Shown here: positions 41,501 through 54,100 of the stretch, in pieces
How positions within the stretch are numbered: position 1 is the first letter of the stretch
Layout: the number at the start of each line of letters is the position of its first letter
NCBI GenBank assembly: GCA_043228905.1
Contig: JBHGNT010000066.1
Span: forward strand, 1 to 64,000
Direction: 5' to 3'
From: Azolla caroliniana
Lineage: Eukaryota > Plantae > Polypodiophyta
Length of the DNA: 64,000 nt
The notes under the pieces: model-generated
What the model saw: the letters and a program-made list of their open reading frames with translations, nothing else
The model's database searches: none
What the model was told of the DNA's origin: nothing
Position numbers and translations under genes: made by a program

Positions 41501-42800
41501 GAGTCAGTTGAGAGGAGCCCTTGAGTAAATTAAAATGTTCATACGTAGCGAGTGTGATATCGGATTTTTGTGTTCAAACATGCGATTCGAAGCTAACAAC
41601 GCTAGCTATGATATGGAATTAGCAAATCAAGATTTTGAAACTCAGGTCGAGAGACATGACGAAATTACAAAATTTGAGGAATGAGGTTGGAAGAGCTAGT
41701 AGGTAAATTAAAATGTTCATACCTAGCGAGTGTGATATCGGATTTTTGTGTACAAACATGCGAATCGAAGCTAACAACGCTAGCTATGATATAGAATTAA
41801 AAAATCAAGATTTTGAAACTCAGGTCGAGAGACATGACGAAATTAGCAAACATGAGGAGTGAGTTGGAAGAGCTAGTAGGTAAATTAAAATGTTCATACC
41901 TGGCGAGTGTGATATCGGATTTTTGTGTTCAAACATGCGAATCGAAGCTAACAACGCTAGCTATGATATGGAATATGGAATTAAAAAATCAAGATTTTGA
42001 AACTCAGGTCGAGAGACATGACGAAATTAGCAAACATGAGGAGTGAGTTGGAAGAGCTAGTAGGTAAATTAAAATGTTCATACCTGGCGAGTGTGATATC
42101 GGATTTTTGTGTTCAAACATGCGAATCGAAGCTAACAACGCTAGCTATGCTATGGAATTAAAAAATCAAGATTTTGAAACTCAGGTCGAGAGACATGACG
42201 AAATTAGCAAACATGAGGAGGGAGTTGGAAGAGCTAGTAGGTAAATTAAAATGTTCATACCTGGCGAGTGTGATATCGGATTTTTGTGTACAAATATGCG
42301 AATCGAAGCTAACAACGCTAGCTATGCTATGGAATTAACAAATCAAGATTTTGAAACTCAGGTCGAGAGAGATGAGGAAATTAGCAAACTTGAGGAGTGA
42401 GTTGAGAGGAGCCCTTCAGTAAATTAAAATGTTCATACATGGCTCGTGTGATATCGGATTTTTGTGTACAAACATGCGAATCGAAGCTAACAACGCTAGC
42501 TATGATATGGAATTAAAAAATCAAGATTTTGAAACTCAGGTCGAGAGACATGAAGAAATTAGCAAACTTGAGGAGTGAGTTTAGAGGAGCCCTTGAGTAA
42601 ATTAAAATGTTCATACCTGGCGAGTGTTATATCGGATTTTTTTGTACAAACATGCGAATCGAAGCTAACAACGCTAGCTATGATATGGAATTAAAAAATC
42701 AAGATTATGAAACTCAGGTCGAGACACATGAAGAAATTAGCAAACATGAGGAGTGAGTTGAGACGAGCCCTTGAGTAAATTAAAATGTTCATACCTAGCG
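38550..42800. repeat. Variable-length HOR: 7-monomer (1250 bp) then 9-monomer (1606 bp) units, three copies
   Basis: Marker CATACGTAGC (diagnostic G at 38689, 39939, 41545) and 7-bp duplication at 39110, 40360, 41966 give spacings of 1250 and 1606 (=1250+356). Boundaries approximate. Confidence 0.88.
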
Positions 42801-45800
42801 AGTGTGATATCGGATTTTTTTGTACAAACATGCGAATCGAAGCTAACAACGCTAGCTATGATATGGAATTAACAAATCAAGATATTGAAACTCAGGTCGA
42901 GAGAGATGATGAAATTAGCAAACATGAGGAGGGAGTTTAGAGGAACCATTGAGTGAATTAAAATGTTCATACCTGGCTCGTGTGATATCGGATTTTTGTG
43001 TTCCAACATGCGAATCGAAGCTAACAACGCTAGCTATGATATGGAATTCAAAAATCAAGATTTTGAAACTCAGGTCAAGAGACATGACGAAATTACAAAA
43101 TTTGAGGAGTGAGGATGGAAGAGCTAGTAGGTAAATTAAAATTTTCATACCTAGCGAGTGTGATATCGGATTTTTGTGTACAAACATGCGAATCGAAGCT
43201 AACAACGCTAGCTATGATATAGAATTAAAAAATCAAGATTTTGAAACTCAGGTCGAGAGACATGACGAAATTAGCAAACATGAGGAGTGAGTTGGAAGAG
43301 CTAGTAGGTAAATTAAAATGTTCATACCTGGCGAGTGTGATATCGGATTTTTGTGTTCAAACATGCGAATCGAAGCTAACAACGCTAGCTATGATATGGA
43401 ATTAAAAAATCAAAATTTTGAAACTCAGGTCGAGAGACATGACGAAATTAGCAAACATGAGGAGTGAGTTGGAAGAGCTAGTAGGTAAATTAAAATGTTC
43501 ATACCTGGCGAGTGTGATATCGGATTTTTGTGTTCAAACATGCGAATCGAAGCTAACAACGCTAGCTATGCTATGGAATTAAAAAATCAAGATTTTGAAA
43601 CTCAGGTCGAGAGACATGACGAAATTAGCAAACATGAGGAGGGAGTTGGAAGAGCTAGTAGGTAAATTAAAATGTTCATACCTGGCGAGTGTGATATCGG
43701 ATTTTTGTGTACAAATATGCGAATCGAAGCTAACAACGCTAGCTATGCTATGGAATTAACAAATCAAGATTTTGAAACTCAGGTCGAGAGAGATGAGGAA
43801 ATTAGCAAACTTGAGGAGTGAGTTGAGAGGAGCCCTTCAGTAAATTAAAATGTTCATACATGGCTCGTGTGATATCGGATTTTTGTGTACAAACATGCGA
43901 ATCGAAGCTAACAACGCTAGCTATGATATGGAATTAAAAAATCAAGATTTTGAAACTCAGGTCGAGAGACATGAAGAAATTAGCAAACTTGAGGAGTGAG
44001 TTTAGAGGAGCCCTTGAGTAAATTAAAATGTTCATACCTGGCGAGTGTTATATCGGATTTTTTTGTACAAACATGCGAATCGAAGCTAACAACGCTAGCT
44101 ATGATATGGAATTAAAAAATCAAGATTTTGAAACTCAGGTCGAGAGACATGACGAAATTAGCAAACATGAGGATTCAGTTGAGAGGAGCCCTTGACTAAA
44201 TTAAAATGTTCATACCTGGCGAGTGTGATATCGGATTTTTGTGTACAAATATGCGAATCGAAGCTAACAACGCTAGCTATGCTATGGAATTAACAAATCA
44301 AGATTTTGAAACTCAGGTCGAGAGAGATGAGGAAATTAGCAAACTTGAGGAGTGAGTTGAGAGGAGCCCTTCAGTAAATTAAAATGTTCATACATGGCTC
44401 GTGTGATATCGGATTTTTGTGTACAAACATGCGAATCGAAGCTAACAACGCTAGCTATGATATGGAATTAAAAAATCAACATTTTGAAACTCAGGTCGAG
44501 AGACATGAAGAAATTAGCAAACTTGAGGAGTGAGTTTAGAGGAGCCCTTGAGTAAATTAAAATGTTCATACCTGGCGAGTGTTATATTGGATTTTTTTGT
44601 ACAAACATGCGAATCGAAGCTAACAACGCTAGCTATGATATGGAATTAAAAAATCAAGATTATGAAACTCAGGTCGAGACACATGAAGAAATTAGCAAAC
44701 ATGAGGAGAGAGTTGAGACGAGCCCTTGAGTAAATTAAAATGTTCATACCTAGCGAGTGTGATATCGGATTTTTTTGTACAAACATGCGAATCGAAGCTA
44801 ACAACGCTAGCTATGATATGGAATTAACAAATCAAGATATTGAAACTCAGGTCGAGAGAAATGATGAAATTAGCAAACATGAGGAGGGAGTTTAGAGGAA
44901 CCATTGAGTGAATTAAAATGTTCATACCTGGCTCGTGTGATATCGAATTTTTGTGTTCCAACATGCGAATCGAAGCTAACAACGCTAGCTATGATATGGA
45001 ATTCAAAAATCAAGATTTTGAAACTCAGGTCGAGAGACATGACGAAATTACAAAATTTGAGGAGTGAGGTTGGAAGAGCTAGTAGGTAAATTAAAATGTT
45101 CATACCTAGCGAGTGTGATATCGGATTTTTGTGTTCAAACATGCGAATCGAAGCTAACACAGCTAGCTATGATATGGAATTAACAAATCAAAATTTTGAA
45201 ACTCAGGTCGAGAGACATGACGAAAATACCAAATTTGAGGAGTGAGGTTGGAAGAGCTAGTAGGTAAATTAAAATGTTCATACCTGGCGAGTGTGATATC
45301 GGATTTTTGTGTTCAAACATGCGAATCGAAGCTAACAACGCTAGCTATGATATGGAATTAAAAAATCAAGATTTTGACACTCAGGTCGAGAGAGATGATG
45401 AAATTAGCAAACTTGAGGAGTGAGTTGAGAGGAGCCCTTCAGTAAATTAAAATGTTCATACATGGCTCGTGTGATATCGGATTTTTGTGTACAAACATGC
45501 GAATCGAAGCTAACAACGCTAGCTATGATATGAAATTAACAAATCAAGATTTTGAAACTCAGGTCGAGAGACATGACGAAATTAGCAAACATGAGGATTC
45601 AGTTGAGAGGAGCCCTTGACTAAATTAAAATGTTCATACCTAGCGAGTGTGATATCGGATTTTTGTGTACAAACATGCGATTTGAAGCTAGCAACGCTAG
45701 CTATGATATGGAATTAAAAAATCAAGATTTTGAAACTCAGGTCGAGAGACATCACGAAATTACCAAATTTGAGGACTGAGTTGAGAGGAACCCTTGAGTA

Positions 45801-46899
45801 AATTAAAATGTTCATACCTGGCGAGTGTGATATCGGATTTTTGTGTACAAACATGTGAATCGAAGCTAACAACGCTAGCTATGATATGGAATTAAAAAAT
45901 CAAGATTTTGAAACTCAGGTCGAGAGACATGACGAAATTACCAAATTTGAGGAGTGAGTTGAGAGGAGCCCTTGAGTAAATTAAAATGTTCATACCTGGC
46001 GAGTGTGATATCTGATTTTTGTGTACAAACACGCGAATCGAAGCTAACAACGCTAGCTATGATATGGAGTTAACAAATCAAGATTTTGAAACTCAGGTCG
46101 AGAGACATGACGAAATTAGCAAACATGAGGATTCAGTTGAGAGGAGCCCTTCACTAAATTAAAATGTTCATACCTAGCGAGTGTGATATCGGATTTTTGT
46201 GTACAAACATGCGATTCGAAGCTAGCAACGCTAGCTATGATATGGAATTCAAAAATCAAGATTTTGAAACTCAGGTCGAGAGACATGACGAAATTACCAA
46301 ATTTGAGGAGTGAGTTGAGAGGAGCCCTTGACTCAATTAAAATGTTCATACCTGGTGAGTGTGATATCGGATTTTTGTGTACAAACATTCGAATCGAAGC
46401 TAACAACGCTAGCTATGATATGGAATTAAAAAATCAAGATTTTGAAACTCAGGTCGAGAGACATGACGAAATTACCAAATTTGAGGACTAAGGCTGGAAG
46501 AGCCAGGAGGTAAATTAAAATGTTCATACCTGGCGAGTGTGATATCGGATTTTTGTGTTCAAACATGCGAATCGAAGCTAACAACGCTAGCTATGATATG
46601 GAATTAAAAAATCAAGATTTTGAAACTCAGGTCGAGAGACATGATGAAATTAGCAAACATGAGGGGTGAGTTGAGAGGAGCCCATGAGTAAATTAAAATG
46701 TTCATACCTGGCGAGTGTGATATCGGATTTTTGTGTTCAAACATGCGAATCGAAGCTAACAACGCTAGCTATGATATGGAATTCAAAAATCAAGATTTTG
46801 AAACTCAGGTCGAGAGAGATGACGAAATTAGCAAACATGAGGAGGGAGTTGAGAGGAGCCCATGAGTAAATTAAAATGTTCATACCTGGCGAGTGTGAT

Positions 46900-47950
46900 A
46901 TCGGATTTTTGTGTACAAACATGTGAATCGAAGCTAACAACGCTAGCTATGATATGGAATTAAAAAATCAAGATTTTGAAACTCAGGTCGAGAGACATGA
47001 CGAAATTACAAAATTTGAGGAGTGAGGTTGGAAGAGCTGGTAGGTAAATTAAAATGTCCATACCTAGCGAGTGTGATATCGGATTTTTGTGTACAAACAT
47101 GCGAATCGAAGCTAACAACGCTAGCTATGATATGAAATTAAAAAATCAAGATTTTAAAACTCAGGTCGAGAGACATGACGAAATTAGCAAACATGAGGAG
47201 TGAGTTGGAAGAGCTAGTAGGTAAATTAAAATGTTCATACCTGGCGAGTGTGATATCGGATTTTTGTGTTGAAACATGCGAATCGAAGCTAACAACGCTA
47301 GCTATGCTATGGAATTAAAAAATCAAGATTTTGAAACTCAGGTCGAGAGACATGACGAAATTAGCAAACATGAGGAGTGAGTTGGAAGAGCTAGTAGGTA
47401 AATTAAAATGTTCATACCTGGCGAGTGTGATATCGGATTTTTGTGTACAAACATGTGAATCGAAGCTAACAACGCTAGCTATGATATGGAATTAAAAAAT
47501 CAAGATTTTGAAACTCAGGTCGAGAGACATGACGAAATTACAAAATTTGAGGAGTGAGGTTGGAAGAGCTAGTAGGTAAATTAAAATGTCCATACCTAGC
47601 GAGTGTGATATCGGATTTTTGTGTACAAACATGCGAATCGAAGCTAACAACGCTAGCTATGATATGAAATTAAAAAATCAAGATTTTGAAAGTCAGGTCG
47701 AGAGACATGACGAAATTAGCAAACATGAGGAGTGAGTTGGAAGAGCTAGTAGGTAAATTAAAATGTTCATACCTGGCGAGTGTGATATCGGATTTTTGTG
47801 TTCAAACATGCGAATTGAAGCTTACAACGCTAGCTATGCTATGGAATTAAAAAATCAAGATTTTGAAACTCAGGTCGAGAGACATGACGAAATTAGCAAA
47901 CATGAGGAGGGAGTTGGAAGAGCTAGTAAGTAAATTAAAATGTTCATACC
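46900..47950. repeat. Diverged 3-monomer duplication (532 bp = 3x178 - 2)
   Basis: ATGTGAATCG at 46921/47453, plus AAAATGTCCATA and GATATGAAATT markers present in both copies. The copies differ at several sites. Boundaries approximate. Confidence 0.8.
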
Positions 47951-50900
47951 TGGCGAGTGTGATATCGGATTTTTGTGTACAAATATGCGAATCGAAGCTA
48001 ACAACGCTAGCTATGATATGGAATTAACAAATCAAGATTTTGAAACTCAGGTCGAGAGAGATGATGAAATTAGCAAACTTGAGGAGTGAGTTGAGAGGAG
48101 CCCTTCAGTAAATTAAAATGTTCATACATGGCTCGTGTGATATCGGATTTTTGTGTACAAACATGCGAATCGAAGCTAACAACGCTAGCTATGATATGGA
48201 ATTAAAAAATCAAGATTTTGAAACTCAGGTCGAGAGACATGAAGAAATTAGCGAACTTGAGGAGTGAGTTTAGAGGATCCCTTGAGTAAATTAAAATGTT
48301 CATACCTGGCGAGTGTTATATCGGATTTTTTTGTACAAACATGCGAATCGAAGCTAACAACGCTAGCTATGATATGGAATTAAAAAATCAAGATTATGAA
48401 ACTCAGGTCGAGACACATGAAGAAATTAGCAAACATGAGGAGAGAGTTGAGACGAGCCCTTGAGTAAATTAAAATGTTCATACCTAGCGAGTGTGATATC
48501 GGATTTTTTTGTACAAACATGCGAATCGAAGCTAACAACGCTAGCTATGATATGGAATTAACAAATCAAGATATTGAAACTCAGGTCGAGAGAAATGATG
48601 AAATTAGCAAACATGAGGAGGGAGTTTAGAGGAACCATTGAGTGAATTAAAATGTTCATACCTGGCTCGTGTGATATCGAATTTTTGTGTTCTAACATGC
48701 GAATCGAAGCTAACAACGCTAGCTATGATATGGAATTCAAAAATCAAGATTTTGAAACTCAGGTCGAGAGACATGACGAAATTACAAAATTTGAGGAGTG
48801 AGGTTGGAAGAGCTAGTAGGTAAATTAAAATGTTCATACCTAGCGAGTGTGATATCGGATTTTTGTGTACAAACATGCGAATCGAAGCTAACAACGCTAG
48901 CTATGATATAGAATTAAAAAATCAAGATTTTGAAACTCAGGTCGAGAGACATGACGAAATTAGCAAACATGAGGAGTGAGTTGGAAGAGCTAGTAGGTAA
49001 ATTAAAATGTTCATACCTGGCGAGTGTGATATCGGATTTTTGTGTTCAAACATGCGAATCGAAGCTAACAACGCTAGCTATGATATGGAATTAAAAAATC
49101 AAGATTTTGAAACTCAGGTCGAGAGACATGACGGAATTAGCAAACATGAGGAGTGAGTTGAGAGGAGCCCTTGAGTAAATTAAAATGTTCATACCTAGCG
49201 AGTGTGATATCGGATTTTTGTGTTCAAACATGCGAATCGAAGCTAACAACGCTAGCTATGATATGGAATTAAAAAATCAAAATTTTGAAACTCAGGTCGA
49301 GAGACATGACGAAATTAGCAAACATGAGGAGTGAGTTGGAAGAGCTAGTAGGTAAATTAAAATGTTCATACCTGGCGAGTGTGATATCGGATTTTTGTGT
49401 TCAAACATGCGAATCGAAGCTAACAACGCTAGCTATGCTATGGAATTAAAAAATCAAGATTTTGAAACTCAGGTCGAGAGACAGGACGAAATTAGCAAAC
49501 ATGAGGAGTGAGTTGGAAGAGCTAGTAGGTAAATTAAAATGTTCATACCTGGCGAGTGTGATATCGGATTTTTGTGTTCAAACATGCGAATCGAAGCTAA
49601 CAACGCTAGCTATGATATGGAATTAAAAAATCAAGATTTTGAAACTCAGGTCGAGAGACATGACGGAATTAGCAAACATGAGGAGTGAGTTGAGAGGAGC
49701 CCTTGAGTAAATTAAAATGTTCATACCTAGCGAGTGTGATATCGGCTTTTTGTGGACAAATATGCGAATCGAAGCTAACAATGCTAGCTATGATATGGAA
49801 TTAACAAATCAAGATTTTGAAACTCAGGTCGAGAGAGATGATGAAATTAGCAAACTTGAGGAGTGAGTTGAGAGGAGCCCTTCAGTAAATTAAAATGTTC
49901 ATACATGGCTCGTGTGATATCGGATTTTTGTGTACAAACATGCGAAAAGAAGCTAACAACGCTAGCTATGATATGGAATTTTAAAATCAAGATTTTGAAA
50001 CTCAGGACGAGAGACATGACGAAATTAGCAAACATGAGGAGGGAGTTCAGAGGAAGCATTGAGTAAATTAAAATGTTCATACCTGGCTCGTGTGATATCG
50101 GATTTTTGTGTTCAAACATGCGAATCGAAGCTAGCAACACTAGCTATGATATGGAATTAACAAATCAAGATTTTGAAACTCAGGTCGAGAGACATGACGA
50201 AATTAGCAAACATGAGGATTCAGTTGAGAGGAGCCCTTGACTAAATTAAAATGTTCATACCTAGCGAGTGTGATATCGGATTTTTGTGTACAAACATGCG
50301 ATTCGAAGCTAGCAACGCTAGCTATGATATGGAATTAACAAATCAAGATTTTGAAACTCAGGTCGAGAGAGATGATGAAATTAGCAAACATGAGGATTCA
50401 GTTGAGAGGAGCCCTTGACTAAATTAAAATGTTCATACCTAGCGAGTGTGATATCGGATTTTTGTGTACAAACATGCGATTCGAAGCTAGCAACGCTAGC
50501 TATGATATGGAATTAAAAAATCAAGATTTTGAAACTCAGGTCGAGAGACATCACGAAATTACCAAATTTGAGGACTGAGTTGAGAGGAACCCTTGAGTAA
50601 ATTAAAATGTTCATACCTGGCGAGTGTGATATCGAATTTTTGTGTTCTAACATGCGAATCGAAGCTAACAACGCTAGCTATGATATGGAATTCAAAAATC
50701 AAGATTTTGAAACTCAGGTCGAGAGACATGACGAAAATACAAAATTTGAGGAGTGAGGTTGGAAGAGCTAGTAGGTAAATTAAAATGTTCATACCTAGCG
50801 AGTGTGATATCGGATTTTTGTGTACAAACATGCGAATCGAAGCTAACAACGCTAGCTATGATATAGAATTAAAAAATCAAGATTTTGAAACTCAGGTCGA

Positions 50901-51187
50901 GAGACATGACGAAATTAGCAAACATGAGGAGTGAGTTGGAAGAGCTAGTAGGTAAATTAAAATGTTCATACCTAGCGAGTGTGATATCGGATTTTTGTGT
51001 TCAAACATGCGAATCGAAGCTAACAACGCTAGCTATGATATGGAATTAAAAAATCAAGATTTTGAAACTCAGGTCGAGAGACATGACGGAATTAGCAAAC
51101 ATGAGGAGTGAGTTGAGAGGAGCCCTTGAGTAAATTAAAATGTTCATACCTAGCGAGTGTGATATCGGCTTTTTGTGGACAAATATC

Positions 51188-54100
51188 GAATCGAAGCTAA
51201 CAACGCTAGCTATGATATGGAATTAAAAAATCAAGATTTTGAAACTCAGGTCGAGAGACATGACGAAATTAGCAAACATGAGGAGGGAGTTGAGAGGAGC
51301 CCTTGAGTAAATTAAAATGTTCATACCTAGCGAGTGTGATATCGGCTTTTTGTGTACAAATATGCGAATCGAAGCTAACAACGCTAGCTATGATATGGAA
51401 TTAACAAATCAAGATTTTGAAACTCAGGTCGAGAGAGATGATGAAATTAGCAAACTTGAGGAGTGAGTTGAGAGGAGCCCTTCAGTAAATTAAAATGTTC
51501 ATACATGGCTCGTGTGATATCGGATTTTTGTGTACAAACATGCGAATCGAAGCTAACAAAGCTAGCTATGATATGGAATTTTAAAATCAAGATTTTGAAA
51601 CTCAGGACGAGAGACATGACGAAATTAGCAAACATGAGGAGGGAGTTCAGAGGAAGCATTGAGTAAATTAAAATGTTCATACCTGGCTCGTGTGATATCG
51701 GAGTTTTGTGTTCAAACATGCGAATCGAAGCTAGCAACGCTAGCTATGATATGGAATTAACAAATCAAGATTTTGAAACTCAGGTCGAGAGACATGACGA
51801 AATTAGCAAACATGAGGAGTGAGTTGAGAGGAGCCCTTGAGTAAATTAAAATGTTCATACCTGGTGAGTGTGATATCGGATTTTTGTGTACAAACATGCG
51901 AATCGAAGCTAACAACGCTAGCTATGATATGGAATTAACAAATCAAGATTTTGAAACTCAGGTCGAGAGACATGACGGAATTAGCAAACATGAGGAGTGA
52001 GTTGAGAGGAGCCCTTGAGTAAATTAAAATGTTCATACCTAGCGAGTGTGATATCGGATTTTTGTGTACAAATATGCGAATCGAAGCTAACAACGCTAGC
52101 TATGATATGGAATTAACAAATCAAGATATTGAAACTCAGGTCGAGAGAGATGATGAAATTAGCAAACATGAGGAGGGAGTTTAGAGGAACCATTGAGTGA
52201 ATTAAAATGTTCATACCTGGCTCGTGTGATATCGGATTTTTGTGTTCCAACATGCGAATCGAAGCTAACAATGCTAGCTATGATATGGAATTCAAAAATC
52301 AAGATTTTGAAACTCAGGTCGAGAGACATGACGAAATTAGCAAACATGAGGAGTGAGTTGAGAGGAGCCCTTGAGTAAATTAAAATGTTCATACCTAGCG
52401 AGTGTGATATCGCATTTCTGTGTTCAAACATGCGATTCGAAGCTAGCAACGCTAGCTATGATATGGAATTCAAAAATCAAGATTTTGAAACTCAGGTCGA
52501 GAGACATGACGAAATTACAAAATTTGAGGAGTGAGGTTGGAAGAGCTAGTAGGTAAATTAAAATGTTCATACCTAGCGAGTGTGATATCGGATTTTTGTG
52601 TACAAACATGCGAATCGAAGCTAACAACGCTAGCTATGATATAGAATTAAAAAATCAAGATTTTGAAACTCAGGTCGAGAGACATGACGAAATTAGCAAA
52701 CATGAGGAGTGAGTTGGAAGAGCTAGTAGGTAAATTAAAATGTTCATACCTGGCGAGTGTGATATCGGATTTTTGTGTTCAAACATGCGAATCGAAGCTA
52801 ACAACGCTAGCTATGATATGGAATTAAAAAATCAAGATTTTGAAACTCAGGTCGAGAGACATGACGAAATTAGCAAACATGAGGAGGGAGTTGAGAGGAG
52901 CCCTTGAGTAAATTAAAATGTTCATACCTAGCGAGTGTGATATCGGCTTTTTGTGTACAAATATGCGAATCGAAGCTAACAACGCTAGCTATGATATGGA
53001 ATTAACAAATCAAGATTTTGAAACTCAGGTCGAGAGAGATGATGAAATTAGCAAACTTGAGGAGTGAGTTGAGAGGAGCCCTTCAGTAAATTAAAATGTT
53101 CATACATGGCTCGTGTGATATCGGATTTTTGTGTACAAACATGCGAATCGAAGCTAACAAAGCTAGCTATGATATGGAATTTTAAAATCAAGATTTTGAA
53201 ACTCAGGACGAGAGACATGACGAAATTAGCAAACATGAGGAGGGAGTTCAGAGGAAGCATTGAGTAAATTAAAATGTTCATACCTGGCTCGTGTGATATC
53301 GGATTTTTGTGTTCAAACATACGAATCGAAGCTAGCAACGCTAGCTATGATATGGAATTAACAAATCAAGATTTTGAAACTCAGGTCGAGAGACATGACG
53401 AAATTAGCAAACATGAGGAGTGAGTTGAGAGGAGCCCTTGAGTAAATTAAAATGTTCATACCTGGTGAGTGTGATATCGGATTTTTGTGTACAAACATGC
53501 GAATCGAAGCTAACAACGCTAGCTATGATATGGAATTAACAAATCAAGATTTTGAAACTCAGGTCGAGAGACATGACGGAATTAGCAAACATGAGGAGTG
53601 AGTTGAGAGGAGCCCTTGAGTAAATTAAAATGTTCATACCTAGCGAGTGTGATATCGGATTTTTGTGTACAAATATGCGAATCGAAGCTAACAACGCTAG
53701 CTATGATATGGAATTAACAAATCAAGATATTGAAACTCAGGTCGAGAGAGATGATGAAATTAGCAAACATGAGGAGGGAGTTTAGAGGAACCATTGAGTG
53801 AATTAAAATGTTCATACCTGGCTCGTGTGATATCGGATTTTTGTGTTCCAACATGCGAATCGAAGCTAACAATGCTAGCTATGATATGGAATTCAAAAAT
53901 CAAGATTTTGAAACTCAGGTCGAGAGACATGACGAAATTAGCAAACATGAGGAGTGAGTTGAGAGGAGCCCTTGAGTAAATTAAAATGTTCATACCTAGC
54001 GAGTGTGATATCGCATTTCTGTGTTCAAACATGCGATTCGAAGCTAGCAACGCTAGCTATGATATGGAATTCAAAAATCAAGATTTTGAAACTCAGGTCG

